From Escherichia coli (GTDB taxonomy: Bacteria > Pseudomonadota > Gammaproteobacteria > Enterobacterales > Enterobacteriaceae), in NCBI RefSeq assembly GCF_050920415.1, contig NZ_CP169309.1: a DNA stretch of 64,000 nucleotides, one strand, 5' to 3'. Both the position numbers and the translations under genes were made by a program. Within the stretch, counting starts at the first letter, position 1. Each line of letters begins with the position of its first letter. Shown piece by piece: positions 60,899 to 64,000 of the stretch. Below the pieces are notes generated by a model. The model had not been told where the DNA came from. It did not search any database and worked only from the letters and a program-made list of their open reading frames with translations.

Positions 60899-62967
60899 TT
60901 TTTCCCGTCCTCTTCTTCGGCCTGTTTTGCTTTCGCACAGATTTCGCAGAACGGTTTGCCCTCATTCACCATCGCCGTCAGTGCTTCCACCTGATCCACG
61001 CCGCCGCCCCGGATATCCATTGCTGGCGTCAGGATCTGAAGTTTTTTTGCCTTTATCGTAACGCCACCACCATCAATGGTCAGACTGCCGCCAGGCCCGG
61101 CGATCACCAGTCGCTCTCCGGCGTGCATAATGTATTTATTGGTCTGCGAAAAAATCTTCGTATTTACCGTTTCATCCTTCACGCCCTGGATCACCACCGT
61201 TTTATTGCCGCCAATATCGTCCAGGGAATCAGCAAATATTTTCTTTCTTTCCGAACTGTTCACCACCAGCGTCCGGTTTCTGTCCACTTCGATTTCCTGA
61301 TCCTGAACCACCCGGACAACGGAGTTCCTGCCGATGGTTTCATAGTGATCCCGGCCCACATCTGTTTTCTTGTCCTGACCAATGGTTTCCTGCTGGTCAA
61401 CGCCCACGCTTTTGGCGCGGTTATTACCGATGGTATGGCTTTCATCGTGCAGAATTTCCGTCACATGGTCTTTCTGCGCGTGCATATAGACCTGTTCCCG
61501 GTTTGTGGCGTCTTCAAAACGCAGTTCATTAAAACCCTCGCCCCGGTAGGTCTGCGTGCGGATAGTGGTCTGCGTTTTCGTTTCCGGTAAATCCCCCGGC
61601 GAGCGATTTTTCTCATGGTAGGTGCGCCCCATGATGATCGGCTGGTCAGGATCACCGTTTAAAAAATCGACAATCACCTCCTGACCCACACGCGGAATGG
61701 CAAGATGACCAAATCCCGTCCCGGCCCATGGCTGTGATACTCTGATCCAGCAGGAACTGTTCTCATCCTGTTTGTGATAACGATCCCACAAAAATTTCAC
61801 CCGCACCCGGCCATGCTCGTCGCAGAAGATTTCCTCACCTTCCGGCCCGGTGACGACCGCTGGTTGTGGGCCATCCACTTTCGGCTTAGGCTGCGGCGTG
61901 GGACGCCAGGTTTTATCCGCTGGTATGGCCTGAAACGTATTCACCAGCGTGGTTCCCTGGCCCCGGCTTCCGGGAACGGCCTGCGGCTGCTCGCCGTGCA
62001 GTTCGCTGGCGATCACCTGCCATTCCCGGTTCAGATCGTCAGCCGGATGATCGGTCAGCGTAAAGCGCGTACCGGGCCACAGTTTTGGCGAGTTGCTGCA
62101 TCCCCTGGCGATCTCCGCATCATTGCGCCAGCCTTCCATCTGGTAACGGGTAAAATCTCTGCCATGCTGTTCGTCCTTAAAACGCCCCGGATAGTCCATC
62201 ACCTCATACTGGTTGCGCTGGCCGTTAAGACTGGCGGCATTATGGCGAAAACGCCCCGGCCAGTCAGGGTATTTGAAGGTGTAGTCTTTGCTGATGACAT
62301 ACGCCGGGCGTATCTGCGCACTGTGGCGGAACTGGCTGATATACTCCGTTTCCGTGGCGCGGGGTTCCGGGTTAAACGGAAGGGGGAAGGCTTCCGGCAG
62401 GTAGTAAACTTTATCGCAGAACACCAGCGGCTGATCCTTCCCTTCACGGGCGTGCTCTTCGTAAAAAAATATCCCTTCTTCCGCCAGCAGGCGGCAGAGA
62501 AAACCAAAATCAGTTTCACCGTACTGCACGCAGAACTCCCGCGCCGGATGAGGCTCGCCCAGCAGATAAGCCGTCTGCATCACCCGGTTGTCATCCAGCA
62601 GGTGCTTAATAATGGACTGAATATCCTGCTGCTGAAAATGGCGAAAATTTTCCCGCAGGCTGCTGCGCCAGAAAGGAGGATGCACCCGCAGGTAGTAGTT
62701 CATTTTATGACCGTCATATTCCCCGCGCTCAATCCTGGCTACCAGCCCGGTGATATGGCGCTGTGCGGTATTGTTTTGCCACAGGGTAAGCGTGGCATTC
62801 AGTTCCAGCAGTTCCGTAGATTTAAGGTGGATAGTGTCGCTGATGAGATGAAGATCGAGGGTGAATAATGCGGAGTAATGCTGGGTAAGATGAAAGTTTA
62901 CGACGGCAAAGGTTTCTGTATCAAAATCGCCGATATCAACGGTAAAACGGGTTCCTGTCCGGGGCAT
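60895..62967 (-). CDS. vgrG: Type VI secretion system spike protein VgrG
   Basis: 690 aa; gp27/gp5-like body, e.g. CDEHGRVRVKFLWDRYHKQDENSSCWIRVSQPWAG and repetitive beta-helix region; short C-terminal tail EGKPFCEICAKAKQAEEEDGKK. Confidence 0.9.
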   Translation of the reverse strand: MPRTGTRFTVDIGDFDTETFAVVNFHLTQHYSALFTLDLHLISDTIHLKSTELLELNATLTLWQNNTAQRHITGLVARIERGEYDGHKMNYYLRVHPPFWRSSLRENFRHFQQQDIQSIIKHLLDDNRVMQTAYLLGEPHPAREFCVQYGETDFGFLCRLLAEEGIFFYEEHAREGKDQPLVFCDKVYYLPEAFPLPFNPEPRATETEYISQFRHSAQIRPAYVISKDYTFKYPDWPGRFRHNAASLNGQRNQYEVMDYPGRFKDEQHGRDFTRYQMEGWRNDAEIARGCSNSPKLWPGTRFTLTDHPADDLNREWQVIASELHGEQPQAVPGSRGQGTTLVNTFQAIPADKTWRPTPQPKPKVDGPQPAVVTGPEGEEIFCDEHGRVRVKFLWDRYHKQDENSSCWIRVSQPWAGTGFGHLAIPRVGQEVIVDFLNGDPDQPIIMGRTYHEKNRSPGDLPETKTQTTIRTQTYRGEGFNELRFEDATNREQVYMHAQKDHVTEILHDESHTIGNNRAKSVGVDQQETIGQDKKTDVGRDHYETIGRNSVVRVVQDQEIEVDRNRTLVVNSSERKKIFADSLDDIGGNKTVVIQGVKDETVNTKIFSQTNKYIMHAGERLVIAGPGGSLTIDGGGVTIKAKKLQILTPAMDIRGGGVDQVEALTAMVNEGKPFCEICAKAKQAEEEDGKK

Positions 62968-63406
62968 AACGTTTCCTTAGCAATAATACGGCTCAGAGAT
63001 AACGAAATCATTCATGAGCAATATGAATTATGATTAATAATTCGTAAAAGGAATGTATTTTATAATGACTCTTCCTGTTTTTAGTCAAAGTTGTCATTAT
63101 AATTAATATTATACTAATTAATTTCCAGAAAACTTCTGTAACCAGTAAAAACACTGCTCCGACAACCTAACATAATGTAAATTAACACTATTAACTGGAA
63201 ATTATCATCTTTAAGTTTACATAAATTCCGTGATGCATATCGCAAAGCGGTGATAAATATATATCCTGTGAAAATGAACTTTGCACCTCCACAGAATATG
63301 TTAACGTAATATCATATGGTAGCAGAAGGCTATTAATTAATTATCCGTATTATAAATCTTGTCTGACGCCTTTCTGTTTCTGCTGTATTACGGGAAGGAT
63401 TACCTA
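62968..63406. promoter_or_regulatory. AT-rich divergent control region between vgrG and tssF
   Basis: 439 bp, visibly AT-rich (runs such as ttataattaatattatactaattaattt); no ORF; flanked by divergent starts. Confidence 0.5.
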
Positions 63407-64000
63407 TGGCAATGAACGAACGTTTTTACCGGGAAGAACTGGATTATCTTCGTCAGTATGGCGCGCTGCTGGCGCAGGAATATCCCGCCCTGAAATCTTT
63501 CCTGGGCAGTAAAAACGCTGATCCGAACGTGGAACGCCTGCTGGAAGGGTTCGCGTTTCTCTCCGGCAGACTGCGGGAAAAAATCGAGGATGAGTTTCCC
63601 GAAATCACCGTTCCGCTGATTAACCGTCAGTGGCCCAATTATTTGCGCCCCGTTCCGCCGATGACCGTTATCGAATACACGCCGGACAGCTGCAGGCTTA
63701 CCGCTCCCCTGACCGTTTCACGCGGTGAGCAGGTGATGAATCCGGGGCAGGACAGCCAGCCGGAAAACAGCCGCCCCGGTGATGAATCAGGGGCTACCGG
63801 GGGGCCACCTTCCTGTATCTTCACTTTGTGCCGTGATATCCGCCTCCTGCCGTTGTGCATTGAAACAATACAGAGTCGCAGCAGCCCGCAATCCAGTACC
63901 CTTGATCTCATTTTCACCGTGACGGGAAAAGGCCGGATCGCCACCGCCGATCTGAATCAGATCAGTTTCTGGCTGGGCGATGCGGACGAACGCAGCCGCA
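63407..64000 (+). CDS. tssF: Type VI secretion baseplate protein TssF (ImpG/VasA family), N-terminal 198 aa; continues beyond the window
   Basis: Open frame from ATG 63407 to the window end with no stop (absent from the ORF track for that reason); MAMNERFYREELDYLRQYGALLAQEYPALKSFLGSKNADPNVERLLEGFAFLSGRL... matches the TssF N-terminal signature. Confidence 0.75.

Noticed and set aside
61774-62868. 364-aa plus-strand ORF antisense to vgrG
   Set aside because: The opposite strand encodes a clear VgrG with a conserved gp27/gp5-like sequence; the plus-strand frame is Arg/Leu-rich with no domain resemblance.

Overview
This window reads as an Escherichia coli chromosomal segment, in reverse orientation relative to the K-12 map. 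All calls rest on reading the supplied six-frame translations against remembered E. coli protein families, lengths and N-termini; no database search or computation was run. Content in order: the 3' end of a ypfG-like gene, tktB-talA, maeB, a complete uninterrupted 17-gene ethanolamine-utilisation (eut) microcompartment operon (eutSPQTDMNEJGHABCLK plus eutR), two accessory ORFs between eutR and hemF, hemF-amiA, ypeA-yfeZ-yfeY-yfeX, yfeW, murPQ/murR, ucpA, cysPUWAM, yfeS-yfeK, pdxK, crr-ptsI-ptsH, cysK, cysZ, zipA-ligA-ypeB, yfeH, yfeR, yfeN and xapA-xapB-xapR. Several REP/BIME palindromic repeat clusters and clear rho-independent terminator hairpins are visible. The last ~8.5 kb (55.5-64 kb) is different: after tRNA-Lys-derived direct repeats there is a tightly packed minus-strand operon, vgrG - DUF4123 adaptor - two uncharacterised proteins (444 and 341 aa) - two paralogous uncharacterised proteins (309 and 252 aa) - PAAR, diverging across an AT-rich region from the start of tssF. 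I read this as a Type VI secretion cargo module and consider it the most likely home of an undescribed effector/immunity system. A second, smaller accessory insert (a Cys-rich 420-aa protein plus a small membrane protein) lies between eutR and hemF.
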